A stretch of 60,920 nucleotides of DNA, filler included. It is 7 parts of 7 records of this genome, joined end to end, with 100 filler letters (N's around TTAATTAATTAA, not from the genome) between each part and the next. Parts side by side here need not be neighbours in the genome. Positions count along the whole stretch, not along the records: positions 44,877 to 54,997 come from SRR20825010_6258; positions 55,098 to 60,920 come from SRR20825010_6260; 5 more parts are not named here. The stretch is one strand, 5' to 3'. The position numbers and the translations under genes are program-made. The notes below the pieces were generated by a model. That model worked only from the letters and a program-made list of their open reading frames with translations, had not been told where the DNA came from and made no database searches. Of the stretch, positions 51,308-60,920 are shown piece by piece (within the stretch, counting starts at the first letter, position 1; the number at the start of each line of letters is the position of its first letter).

Positions 51308-54300
51308 TTATTCTGGAAGTGCTATACTATCCAGTTGTTCTTCCGGTATGGCATCTATAGCGGATGAATCCATTAGATCGGGATCCGAAGTTGGAGCTTG
51401 TATGCCCTCCATTGGGTCGTTGCGATAAAAGCGTTCAAACTTATCTATGTATTCGTTGAAGATAAGGGTTTCCTTTTCTGCAGTTTCCTGGTCCTGGTTG
51501 GTAATTAAAATGTCAATATTTCTACTGTAGGCCTCCAGGTCTGGAATAATTTCGTCCAAGAACATTCGCTGTTCTTCAAAGGGTAAATTGGCGTAATAAT
51601 CCAATCGTTCCTGATAAATGTTTTTCAATTTTTGAAATAGATCCCTGGCTTTTTGGGTTTCCCCTACTTTAAAGTATCCATCTATAAAAGGTTCTACAAA
51701 GGCGTAATACCCAAAATATTCAACAGGCATGTTTTCCATAGCGATATTGATAACGTCTTTCGCCTTTTCAATCTTGTTTTCGTTTATCAAAGTTTCGGTA
51801 AGCCGCGCTAAGTTGCCTCTAAAGGAAAGTGCCTGTGTTCGGGTTTGGGGGTCGTGATATATATCCGAGCTTCCTGCATTGCCCCAATCCCATTTTTTTA
51901 CAATGTCGTACATAAGATCGGCATCTATTCTGCCCATCTCATAAGAGCTTCTATTGGTTGTTTTAATAGGCACCAGTTTGTAGACCAGGCCATCCAATTG
52001 AAGATAGTCTTTCATCCAAATGTATTCCGCGGCATCAAAACTTCCCCCGGAAAAATATATAGGGCGTTTCCAGTCATTGTTGGCAATGATGTCCAGCATC
52101 AGGATTCGGTTTTTGGGCAGGGCACTCCTTGGTAGGTCTATATCAATATAATCCACTATTAGTGCCGAATCTTTTTCTTTGACCAAACCACTCTCCAGAA
52201 CATTTTTCTTGTTTACCGGAACCCTAATTTTATTGGTCGGATAGTAGACGACATCCAAATTGCTTTCGGAATACTGACTCAGATCTGCACCTTTCTTCTG
52301 TAAAATACTTCTAAATTTGGTTTGTTCCTTATCACTGCCTACCCAGTTCATAAAGTCTTTTATGTCCCATCTGCTCTCGGTAAGTTCATTAAAGTATATG
52401 GCATCCCTAGATCCCCATTTGTATTCGTTGTGGGTAAGCTGGGACGGAATTGGGTCGCTTTCGTAGGCCTTCTTTTTCATTTGGTCTATATACCAATCCG
52501 TAGCAAAAAGACTGGTGTTTACCACCCGAACGTCCGTTCTGTAACCTTCAATCTCTTGTGCGTACCACAGAGGGAAAGTGTCGTTGTCCCCAATGGTAAA
52601 CAAAATGGCACCCGAGTCTTCCTTGGTCGATTCCAGATAGGCCTTTGCGGTAGATTTAGCGGTAAACCTATTGGATCTGTCGTGGTCGTCCCAGTTTTGA
52701 AATGCCATAACTCCGGGTACTGCCAAAAGGCAGAGAATGGTTATTCCTGGAGCCAATATTTTGGGACTCAATAGCTTTTGGAATTCATCAAAAAGCCCAT
52801 AAACGCCCAGCCCGATCCAGAGGGCAAAAACATAAAAGGAACCCACTAAGGAATAATCCCGTTCCCTAGGCTGAAAAATGGCCGGATTGGTGTAGAATTG
52901 GATGGCAATACCCGTAAACATAAAGAATACGAACAAAGCCCAAAATTGTTTGGGGTTTCTGCTTATTTGAAAGATTAGGCCAATTATACCTAGTAGTAAT
53001 GGAAGGAAGAAATAGGTGTTCCTACCTTTGTTGTTCTTAATATCGCTGGGAAGATTCTCCTGACTGCCCAACCTGGCACTGTCAACAAAGTTGATGCCGC
53101 TTAGCCAATTTCCGTGGTTGTCATATCTGCCTTGTATATCGTCTTGCTTACCGACAAAATTCCACATAAAATAACGCCAGTACATGTAGCCAAATTGAAA
53201 TTGGAACATGTATTTTATATTTTGCATTACCGTTGGGGGCTGAACATCAATATATTCGCTAAACTCCCTTAGGAATCTCATATATTGGGAAGTGTCTATT
53301 TCTCCTTTGGCGTAACCGTCCTTAAATTGGTTAACGGCTTCCCTTAGTTCATTGTTTCCAAGATAATCAGATTTTATCCTAAAGGTCAGCGGATCAAAAT
53401 ACTTCATATAATTCTCGGCATTTTGTTCGCTCCACATCCGTGGCAAGAGTCCTACATGATCTGGGTTTGGTCCTTGTAAAGCATCCTTATAGTTGTTTAC
53501 TATAATATATTTTCCGGCCTTTAGGTCTTTTTCGTATTTGGGCTTCTCGTCCTTTTCATCACCTGCAGGGGCAAAAGTATCCGAGTAATAGGCGCCATAT
53601 ACTGGGCTGTCCACTCCAGGGTATTGTTCACGGTTGTAATAGGCCAACAAAGATCTGGCGTCCGAAGGATCGTTTTCGTTGATCACCACATCGGCATTTG
53701 CCCTTATGGGAAGCATTAGCCAAGAAGAGAATCCCAAAAATAAAAACATTAGACAGAGAACAATGGTGTTTGCTACGGTATAGTTGTTATTGCGGGTGTA
53801 GCGTAAAGCCCAATAAAAAACACCTACAAAAATGAGCCCCATGATAATGGTTCCCGAGTTAAATGGTAGGCCAATGGTATTGATGAAAAACACCTCGCTC
53901 CAACCAAAAACCTTTAGCACATAGGTCAATGAAAATTTATAGACCAGCATCAATATGGCAACCACAATAATATTGGCCAAAAGGAAATTCTTAACGGTAG
54001 TGGTTTTATAGGTTTTAAAATAGTACAATAAACCTATTGTGGGTATTGCCAGGAAACCCATAAACTGAATTCCAAAGGTAAGTCCGACCACAAAAGAAAT
54101 AAGAATTATCCATTTATTGCCTCGTGGATTCTCCAGATCATCCACCCATTTTAGTCCTAGCCAGAGTAGAAGGGACATAATTAAACTGGCCATTGCATAA
54201 ACTTCGGTCTCCGTTGCGTTGAACCAAAAACTATCTGAAAAGGTAAAGGCTAGGGAGCCTACGATACCACTTCCTAAAATGGCCAAAGCTTTGCTATTGG

Positions 54301-54640
54301 TTATGACTTCCTCCTTGGAAATAAGTTTTCTTGTGAGGTTCGTAATGGTCCAAAACATAAAGAGGATAGTGAAGGCACTGGAAACCCCGGAAACGAGGTT
54401 TACCATCTTTGCAACCTGGGTAGGTTCCAAGGCGAACATGGCCATAAATGCACCTATCATTTGTAGCAAAGGCGCTCCCGGTGGATGTCCTACCTGTAGT
54501 TTGGCAGCTGTTGAGATATATTCACCGGCATCCCAAAAACTGCTGGTAGGTTCAACGGTTATTCCGTAGGTAATAAGGGCTGTAAAAAAAACAAACCATC
54601 CTGTGATGGTATCCCATTTTTTGAAATTTTTTGAAAACAT
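51308..54640 (-). CDS. DUF2723 / TMEM260-like multi-pass membrane glycosyltransferase
   Basis: SFWDAGEYI, VGHPPG, ETEVYA, RERDY, GDNDTFPLWY; start at MFSKNF. Confidence 0.85.
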   Translation of the reverse strand: MFSKNFKKWDTITGWFVFFTALITYGITVEPTSSFWDAGEYISTAAKLQVGHPPGAPLLQMIGAFMAMFALEPTQVAKMVNLVSGVSSAFTILFMFWTITNLTRKLISKEEVITNSKALAILGSGIVGSLAFTFSDSFWFNATETEVYAMASLIMSLLLWLGLKWVDDLENPRGNKWIILISFVVGLTFGIQFMGFLAIPTIGLLYYFKTYKTTTVKNFLLANIIVVAILMLVYKFSLTYVLKVFGWSEVFFINTIGLPFNSGTIIMGLIFVGVFYWALRYTRNNNYTVANTIVLCLMFLFLGFSSWLMLPIRANADVVINENDPSDARSLLAYYNREQYPGVDSPVYGAYYSDTFAPAGDEKDEKPKYEKDLKAGKYIIVNNYKDALQGPNPDHVGLLPRMWSEQNAENYMKYFDPLTFRIKSDYLGNNELREAVNQFKDGYAKGEIDTSQYMRFLREFSEYIDVQPPTVMQNIKYMFQFQFGYMYWRYFMWNFVGKQDDIQGRYDNHGNWLSGINFVDSARLGSQENLPSDIKNNKGRNTYFFLPLLLGIIGLIFQISRNPKQFWALFVFFMFTGIAIQFYTNPAIFQPRERDYSLVGSFYVFALWIGLGVYGLFDEFQKLLSPKILAPGITILCLLAVPGVMAFQNWDDHDRSNRFTAKSTAKAYLESTKEDSGAILFTIGDNDTFPLWYAQEIEGYRTDVRVVNTSLFATDWYIDQMKKKAYESDPIPSQLTHNEYKWGSRDAIYFNELTESRWDIKDFMNWVGSDKEQTKFRSILQKKGADLSQYSESNLDVVYYPTNKIRVPVNKKNVLESGLVKEKDSALIVDYIDIDLPRSALPKNRILMLDIIANNDWKRPIYFSGGSFDAAEYIWMKDYLQLDGLVYKLVPIKTTNRSSYEMGRIDADLMYDIVKKWDWGNAGSSDIYHDPQTRTQALSFRGNLARLTETLINENKIEKAKDVINIAMENMPVEYFGYYAFVEPFIDGYFKVGETQKARDLFQKLKNIYQERLDYYANLPFEEQRMFLDEIIPDLEAYSRNIDILITNQDQETAEKETLIFNEYIDKFERFYRNDPMEGIQAPTSDPDLMDSSAIDAIPEEQLDSIALPE

Positions 54641-54875
54641 GCGGTTTGTCGTTTGTCCGAAGGGCGAATTTACTAATTTAAAAATATAATGGGATATATA
54701 TTTCATAAACCTTTAACACGATATGTGGATCAAGGCGACTTCATTAAGCGGGCCAATGTGGGTAATACCAAGGGGTGTTGCTTTAGGGCATGTAATTAAT
54801 GTTGTTGCCGCAACCCTTATGGTGCTGGTTGTGGCAGAATATTTTTCTATTTTTTTGGAATATGACTCAAAAATA

Positions 54876-54906
54876 TTTGTGCATATAAAACTTTGTTTTA
54901 AATTTG
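54876..54906 (+). promoter_or_regulatory. Bacteroidota primary-sigma promoter of tRNA-Gln
   Basis: TTTG-N19-TAAATTTG. Confidence 0.8.
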
Positions 54907-54924
54907 CACGCTCAAACGAGGTAG

Positions 54925-54996
54925 TGGCCTATGGTGTAATTGGTAACACAGCTGGTTTTGGTCCAGTCGTTCTAGGTTCGAGTCCTAGTAGGCCAA
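54925..54996 (+). tRNA. tRNA-Gln(TTG)
   Basis: Acceptor TGGCCTA/TAGGCCA, D arm GTGT/ACAC, anticodon arm GCTGG-TTTTGGT-CCAGT, T arm CTAGG-TTCGAGT-CCTAG. Confidence 0.96.
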
Positions 54997-54997
54997 C

Positions 54998-55097
54998 NNN
55001 NNNNNNNNNNNNNNNNNNNNNNNNNNNNNNNNNNNNNNNNNTTAATTAATTAANNNNNNNNNNNNNNNNNNNNNNNNNNNNNNNNNNNNNNNNNNNN
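54998..55097. other. Artificial contig spacer
   Basis: N44-TTAATTAATTAA-N44. Confidence 0.99.
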
Positions 55098-56679
55098 GAT
55101 GACCGGTACGGCAATGACCGAAGCCGAAGAATTCGAAGAAATCTACAAGCTTCACGTCATTGAAATCCCGACCCATCGCCCGATTGCGCGTAAAGATTCA
55201 GACGATGAAATTTATCGTACGGCCAATGAAAAATGGGTGGCGATTTCCGAACAGCTGGCAGAGTGCCATAAAAGCGGCCAGCCGGCCCTTGTCGGGACGG
55301 TGTCGATCGAGAAATCTGAAATTCTGTCGGACCTTCTGAAAAAGAAGAAAATCCCGCACGAAGTTCTTAATGCCAAGCAGCATGAACGCGAAGCATTGAT
55401 CGTGGCCCAAGCCGGTGCGCCGGGCGCAATTACGATTGCAACCAACATGGCTGGTCGTGGTACCGACATTAAGCTTGGCGGCAACGTTGAAATGCGTGTC
55501 GAACATGAACTTGGCAATGTAACGGACGAAGCCAAACGTGCGGCAGCGATTGAAAAAATCAAAGCCGAAGTCAAAGCCGATCAGGAAAAAGTTCTGGCTG
55601 CTGGTGGCTTGTTTGTTATCGGGACGGAACGTCACGAATCACGGCGTGTTGATAACCAGCTGCGTGGTCGTTCCGGCCGTCAGGGTGATCCGGGCGGATC
55701 GAAGTTTTATCTGTCGCTTGAAGATGACCTGATGCGCATTTTCGGGTCCGAGCGGATGGACGGTATGCTTCAGAAGCTGGGTCTGCAGGAAGGTGAAGCG
55801 ATTTACCATCCGTGGATCAACAAGGCGCTGGAAAAAGCGCAGCAGAAAGTCGAAGCCCGCAACTTTGACATTCGTAAAAACGTTCTGAAATTTGATGATG
55901 TCATGAATGACCAGCGTAAGGTCGTTTATGAGCAGCGCCGCGATCTGATGCAGGCAAAGCATGTTGCCGAAGATGTCGCGGACATGCGTGCCGAAGTCAT
56001 CGAAGACATGGTTGAAAAATATTGCCCGGCCAAGGTCTATCCCGAGCAATGGGAAGTCGCCAGCCTGCACGAAGAAACCACCCGCATTCTGGGCGTTGAT
56101 CTGCCGATTGCAGATTGGGTCAAGGAAGAAGGCATCGATCAGGAAGTCATGCGGGAGCGGATTGAAAAAGTCGCTGACGAAAAAATGGCTGCCAAGGTTG
56201 CCAATTACGGTTCCGACATCATGCGTCAGGTCGAGAAAAGCCTTGTGCTGCAGTTGCTTGATCAGTCGTGGAAAGAACATCTTCTGGCACTTGACCATCT
56301 GCGTCAGGGCATTGGCCTGCGGGCATATGGTCAGCGTGATCCGCTCAATGAGTTTAAGCGCGAAGCGTTTAATATGTTCGAGGCGATGCTGGTGTCCTTG
56401 CGGGAGCGTGTGACCCAGATGTTGTCACATGTTGAATTGCAGACCACACCGCGACAGGAAGACCTTGAACCGCGCGGTTCGCAGCAGGAAATGCATGAAA
56501 ACCGGGGTGCGGGTGACGCTGCTGAACAGGGCGGCGAAGGTGCCACCGTTCAATCGCGTCAGGCATCGGGAACGGTGAACCCGAATGATCCGGCAAGTTG
56601 GGGTCGGGTTGCGCGCAATCAGGCCTGCCCGTGTGGATCAGGCAAGAAATACAAACATTGCCACGGTCAGATCGCCTGA
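55098..56679 (+). CDS. secA: Preprotein translocase SecA, 5' truncated
   Basis: [46 protein letters not shown]. Confidence 0.98.
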
Positions 56680-56699
56680 TCGAACTTTGCAAAATTGAT

Positions 56700-56730
56700 A
56701 AAAACGCGCCTCCATGTGGGGCGCGTTTTT
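56700..56730. terminator. Bidirectional terminator
   Basis: AAAAACGCGCCTC-CATGT-GGGGCGCGTTTTT. Confidence 0.88.
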
Positions 56731-56747
56731 CGTTTGGGGGGGAGGCT

Positions 56748-57605
56748 TTAGTTTTCTGTTGGAAGATTGGTGCTTAGAAACGCTGTGACGGGATCAAGAA
56801 CGGCTTGATCGGTGGTTAGATAAAACCCCAATGCGGTCAAGGTTCCGGCATGTCCGGTCTCCTTGATTTCAATCAGTTCGGTTTTTGGGGCAAGGGTTGC
56901 CAACCGGCGTGAATTGCGTGGCAGGACAGTCGTGTCGCGCGTGCCCGTGATCAGCAAAAGCGGTGGCATGTGCGTCAGATCCATCTCAACCGGCTGGCTT
57001 AGGCGTGCCGGGGTATCGCCAAAGGCAATCTCGGTCGCGCTGACATCATAGGGATGAAAGTCATAGGGACCCGACAGACCGATAATCCCGACGATATGTT
57101 GGGAATTTAATCCAACGGCTTTCAGATATGTCGGGTCTGCGACAACCTGAACCGCATTATATGCGCCCGCTGAATGCCCCGCCAACATGACCGGTTCGTC
57201 GGTAAGTTGATCGGGGTTTGAGGCCGCATAATCCTTCATAAAGGCAATGGCCGATGCGGCATCTTCGATAAAGGCCGGGAAATGGATTTTTGGCACCAGT
57301 CGGTAGTCTGGAATGGCGACCGCATAGCCAAGTTCGTTAAAACGTTTGGCGACAAATGCGTATTTGGCTTTGTCTCCGGAATCCCAGGACCCGCCGTAAA
57401 ACCAGATAATCAACGGGGCTGGTTGGGCGGATGATGATGGCAGATAGACATCAAGAACCTGTCGGTCATCCTGGCCATAAGATAAATCAGCGATGTCAGG
57501 CTTATACTGACCGGCCTGAAATTGATTAAACGCGGAAAGTTTATCGCAACCGGCAAGGAATACGGCCGCTATCAGGGCATTCGCTGTAAATTTGAGTATG
57601 CGCAT
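56748..57605 (-). CDS. Alpha/beta-hydrolase lipoprotein (esterase/lipase)
   Basis: Lipobox LAGC after MRILKF; YGGSW, DYRL, GHSAG. Confidence 0.88.
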   Translation of the reverse strand: MRILKFTANALIAAVFLAGCDKLSAFNQFQAGQYKPDIADLSYGQDDRQVLDVYLPSSSAQPAPLIIWFYGGSWDSGDKAKYAFVAKRFNELGYAVAIPDYRLVPKIHFPAFIEDAASAIAFMKDYAASNPDQLTDEPVMLAGHSAGAYNAVQVVADPTYLKAVGLNSQHIVGIIGLSGPYDFHPYDVSATEIAFGDTPARLSQPVEMDLTHMPPLLLITGTRDTTVLPRNSRRLATLAPKTELIEIKETGHAGTLTALGFYLTTDQAVLDPVTAFLSTNLPTEN

Positions 57606-57716
57606 CGTCACCAAAAACAAAGACAATTGATTTGAACTTCTACACTGTACGTAACTATATCCAATCGGGATCGTTTTTGGTTTAGAGAACAGCATGTTCA
57701 GGATGCGGCAGGGGCA

Positions 57717-59177
57717 ATGAAAACAATCAAGACCATCTTGGCGGTGGTTCCCGCGGTTATGTTGATTGTATCTGCATCAGATGCGATTGCAGATGATCGT
57801 GACTATGAAGCAGCAATCGCAAACATGGCCGTGGATCCGGGCATGGCCGAGAAGATGGTTTTTGATCGGGATGATGCTGTCGGGCTTCTGGACCGAATGT
57901 TGTTCTTGTTTGCCTTTAAGCCAGATGACCTGGACCGCAATAATGATATCCGGGATTTGCAGGCGCAAATTGATGGCGAAACATTGCCTCTTGCCGATGA
58001 CTTTGAACGCGATGTGGTGGGGCCAACTCTGCCCTTTGACGGCACGGCAAGCAGTTTGGGACCAACAATAATTCTGGCTTCAAGTACAGGCTATGCCACG
58101 ACCGATTCAGCGTTCTATGCCATCCCCTGTGCCGTTCTGCAGAAAAAGCCTGAACTTACCGAAGCAACCGAACCCATGTTTGGCGGGAATCGGGACAATT
58201 TCTTGCCACGGTCCGGCTGTGTCTGGGGGCGGGGTGAGGTCGTTGGATATCCGATCAAGGCATTAAACGATTATATGGCCGCAACAGAACGGGCGACCGG
58301 TGGAATGTTCGGTCCGGGGCAGGGAACGATCCGTTTTGCGCAGGCCGCAGCCCAACAGGCTGATGTTCAGACCGCCATGCTTAACCCTGATGCATTGCAG
58401 TTTGCACCAACCGGCACCCGTCAGCCGTTCCAGATGTGGTCATATCTGTCATGGGCAAACCGACATACTTACACGGCGATCTCTGCGGCGGCTGTGCCGG
58501 TAAGCACCGCCCTAAGGTCATATTGGCAGGAAAACGGTAAGTCCCCTGTGGCAGTTGACCGGATTGTCCGTGAAACGCTGTTTGGGGTTGTTTATGGCGC
58601 AGATTGTCAGACCGCAGTGCCATCCTCCTCTGTGCGCGTGATGTTGATTGAAGGGCATCCGATTGCCGAGATTGAAAAAATCGCGCAACAGGGCAAAGGC
58701 CATGATGCAAATTTATTCGAAAAATGTGCAGCCTTCGGTGGCATTGACGGATTATTGCATATCGCTGTGGCACGCCCCGATAGCCTTGATGTCTTGTGGG
58801 GGAATGGCTATTTCCCGGATGTCGAAGCCCGCAATGAATTTGGCAAAACAGCACTTATGACAGCGTCACAGCTTGGCAATGTTGATGCTGTTAAATGGCT
58901 TCTGGCCCATGGGGCCAATGTTGAAGCGCGGACCATAGCGGGGGATGAATGGGTTTATCCCCGTCATGGTCGCAGGACTGCAATTCATTATGGCGCGGCA
59001 TCTGGAGACATTGATGTTGTTAAGGTGTTAATCGCCGCTGGCGCAAAGGTTGATGTGCTTGATGATGTCGGATTTTCTGTACAGGATTACCTTGTGGGGC
59101 GTGATGATTTACCGGGGAACGCATCGATTTCGGACAAGGATCGTGCAGCTCTTCTGAACTTGATTACGCCGCAATGA
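57717..59177 (+). CDS. Secreted protein with C-terminal ankyrin repeats
   Basis: Signal peptide; GKTALMTA..VKWLLAHGANV and RTAIHYGA..VKVLIAAGAKV. Confidence 0.8.
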   Translation: MKTIKTILAVVPAVMLIVSASDAIADDRDYEAAIANMAVDPGMAEKMVFDRDDAVGLLDRMLFLFAFKPDDLDRNNDIRDLQAQIDGETLPLADDFERDVVGPTLPFDGTASSLGPTIILASSTGYATTDSAFYAIPCAVLQKKPELTEATEPMFGGNRDNFLPRSGCVWGRGEVVGYPIKALNDYMAATERATGGMFGPGQGTIRFAQAAAQQADVQTAMLNPDALQFAPTGTRQPFQMWSYLSWANRHTYTAISAAAVPVSTALRSYWQENGKSPVAVDRIVRETLFGVVYGADCQTAVPSSSVRVMLIEGHPIAEIEKIAQQGKGHDANLFEKCAAFGGIDGLLHIAVARPDSLDVLWGNGYFPDVEARNEFGKTALMTASQLGNVDAVKWLLAHGANVEARTIAGDEWVYPRHGRRTAIHYGAASGDIDVVKVLIAAGAKVDVLDDVGFSVQDYLVGRDDLPGNASISDKDRAALLNLITPQ

Positions 59178-59230
59178 AATAAGTTGATGGGCCACTTGGC
59201 GAAAGCCGAGTTGCGCGATAAAACAGTGCC

Positions 59231-59692
59231 ATGACAATAGTACAACCAGATAAAGGCTGCATGTCGGTTGACCTGCGGCAGGGTAAAATTCCGGAAAAGA
59301 CGGTGTTTGTCAGTGCGGTGGCGCTGGTCGATGCCGATCATCGCGTTTTGATCGCTCAGCGCCCGGAAGGTAAATCCATGGCGGGCCTTTGGGAATTTCC
59401 CGGCGGTAAGGTCGAGGCCGGGGAAACCCCGGAAATGGCTTTGGTGCGTGAGCTTAAAGAAGAGCTTGGCATTGATATCACCGAAAGCTGTCTGGCACCC
59501 TTTACCTTTGCGTCATTCACCTATGATGATTTTCATCTGATGATGCCGCTTTATCTGTGCCGCGTCTGGAAGGGGGAAATCACCCCGATGGAAGGCCAGC
59601 AGGTTAAATGGGTACGCCCGGTGCGGTTGGGGGATTACCCGATGCCGCCGGCTGATGTGCCGCTTGTTGCCATGTTGCGCGATTTTCTGTGA
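59231..59692 (+). CDS. mutT: MutT/NudG-type Nudix hydrolase
   Basis: WEFPGGKVEAGETPEMALVRELKEELGI; MPPAD. Confidence 0.88.
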   Translation: MTIVQPDKGCMSVDLRQGKIPEKTVFVSAVALVDADHRVLIAQRPEGKSMAGLWEFPGGKVEAGETPEMALVRELKEELGIDITESCLAPFTFASFTYDDFHLMMPLYLCRVWKGEITPMEGQQVKWVRPVRLGDYPMPPADVPLVAMLRDFL

Positions 59693-59759
59693 GCCACGTG
59701 CGTCTTTGCGACGTATGGTTTATGAAATGCGAAAACTCGATTGAAGTTATGGGGATGTG

Positions 59760-60533
59760 ATGTCTGATCCGGTACGGGCCTGTCTGATTATTATTGGCAA
59801 TGAAATCCTGTCTGGTCGCACCCATGACAAGAACCTGCCGTATCTGGCAGAAGAATTGAACAAGATCGGCGTGCGCTTAGCTGAAACCCGCGTCATACCC
59901 GATATCGAAGACACCATCGTTGAAACCGTCAATGAATGCCGGGCGAGGTTTGATTATGTCTTTACCACGGGCGGGATCGGCCCGACCCATGATGACATCA
60001 CGTCAAACTGTATTGCCAAGGCGTTCGGGGTTGAGAATGCCCTGAATGCAGAAGCTCATGCCTTGCTGAAAAGCCATTACGAAAACCCCGAAGACTTGAA
60101 TGAAGCACGTCTGCGCATGGCGCATGTGCCGGTCGGGGCGGAGCTGGTACAAAACCCGATTTCCAAGGCCCCGGGTTTCCGCATGGAAAACGTTTATGTT
60201 CTGGCCGGTGTGCCCATGATCATGCAGGTGATGTTCCAGGGGATTAAACACCAACTGATCGGCGGCAAGCCAATGGTGTCGCGTTCTGTCGGCGGTTATA
60301 TTGCCGAAGGATCAATTGCCAAGGTGTTGGCCGAAATTCAGGATGATTTCCCGCAAGCCGATATCGGGTCTTATCCGTTCCTGCGTGAAGGTAAGCTTGG
60401 CACGACCTTGGTGGTTCGCGGCGAGAGTGCCGATGATGTTAATCAGGCATCAGAACGTATTCGTCTGGCGATCATTGAAGGTGGTCGCGATGTGATTGAA
60501 GATACTGGTGCGGTCGAAACGGCAGGGGCCTGA
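59760..60533 (+). CDS. CinA N-terminal-like molybdopterin-binding domain protein
   Basis: IIGNEILSGRT.D.N, TTGGIGPTHDDIT, LAGVP. Confidence 0.88.
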   Translation: MSDPVRACLIIIGNEILSGRTHDKNLPYLAEELNKIGVRLAETRVIPDIEDTIVETVNECRARFDYVFTTGGIGPTHDDITSNCIAKAFGVENALNAEAHALLKSHYENPEDLNEARLRMAHVPVGAELVQNPISKAPGFRMENVYVLAGVPMIMQVMFQGIKHQLIGGKPMVSRSVGGYIAEGSIAKVLAEIQDDFPQADIGSYPFLREGKLGTTLVVRGESADDVNQASERIRLAIIEGGRDVIEDTGAVETAGA

Positions 60534-60591
60534 TCACGGTTGCCCGGACGACATGGTTTGAGCAGCACTAGATTCAGCAACGACTTACAAC

Positions 60592-60617
60592 AAAAAAGGC
60601 GCCATCACGGCGCCTTT
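60592..60617 (-). terminator. Intrinsic terminator
   Basis: AAAGGCGCC-ATCAC-GGCGCCTTT with A tract on the left. Confidence 0.75.
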
Positions 60618-60636
60618 GGTCTGTTTGGTGATCGGC

Positions 60637-60888
60637 TTAAGGACGGTCGGCGCCGGTTTTCTTGGCAATGATTCGCGCGATAATCATGCCGATGATCCAA
60701 CCGGCCAAGGGCACCACAAAGATATAATCAAACAGCGGATGGTTGGTATCACCGCCAGATGCGGCCAAAATGAAGCCAACCCAGGCCGCGGTCAGCAAGT
60801 AACCCATGATCTTGAAATAGACCTTGTTGGGCAGGCCTTTTTTTTCGGGCTGTTCGGGGTTGGTCTGTTGGCTGTTTTCCGCAGACAT
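60637..60888 (-). CDS. Small two-TM hypothetical protein
   Basis: AAGGA RBS, ATG, two hydrophobic segments, followed by terminator. Confidence 0.7.
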   Translation of the reverse strand: MSAENSQQTNPEQPEKKGLPNKVYFKIMGYLLTAAWVGFILAASGGDTNHPLFDYIFVVPLAGWIIGMIIARIIAKKTGADRP

Positions 60889-60920
60889 CCTGATATCCTT
60901 GTGTTCTGAAATATTAAGTG

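Noticed and set aside
54723-55049. 108-aa ORF
   Set aside because: Runs through the tRNA-Gln gene and its promoter into the spacer
13713-55097. Six identical TTAATTAATTAA motifs flanked by N runs, and sharp GC shifts at 37689, 44877 and 55098
   Set aside because: Artificial stop-in-all-frames spacers joining unrelated contigs; not repeats, insertion sites or genomic islands. ORFs running into X are truncations.
55639-56298. 219-aa ORF on the - strand
   Set aside because: Antisense shadow of secA

Overview
This window is not one locus. It is seven unrelated contigs joined by six identical 100-bp artificial spacers (N44-TTAATTAATTAA-N44), so no gene neighbourhood can be read across a spacer. 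Contigs 1-4 and 6 look like Flavobacteriaceae (AT-rich, TAnnTTTG promoters), contig 5 like a gammaproteobacterium and contig 7 like an alphaproteobacterium; these assignments come from sequence character only. Contig 1 (1-13712): NrtR-type regulator, esterase/CitMHS/AtuA operon, xylBA, LacI. Contig 2 (13813-24491): ECF sigma-FecR-TonB receptor, three acidic repeat lipoproteins, carbonic anhydrase, rhlE. Contig 3 (24592-29194): ccsA, kdsC. Contig 4 (29295-37588): stress cluster and a GNAT-rpsU-small ORF-proCBA operon. Contig 5 (37689-44776): housekeeping genes and dhcRAB-like CoA transferase. Contig 6 (44877-54997): polA to tRNA-Gln. Contig 7 (55098-60920): secA to cinA-like. Best candidates for undescribed systems: (a) a proline-synthesis operon preceded by an unannotated, probably leaderless 33-aa Pro-Pro uORF in a structured leader, which also carries an SD-less bS21 and a predicted feedback-resistant ProB; (b) a surface-signalling ECF regulon marked by three identically spaced GGTAGGGT-N14-YTGT sites that precede fecR and the acidic lipocalin-like repeat lipoproteins; (c) a CitMHS-AtuA module flanked by esterases behind a perfect palindrome next to xylBA. 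All calls are from motif recognition; no searches were run.
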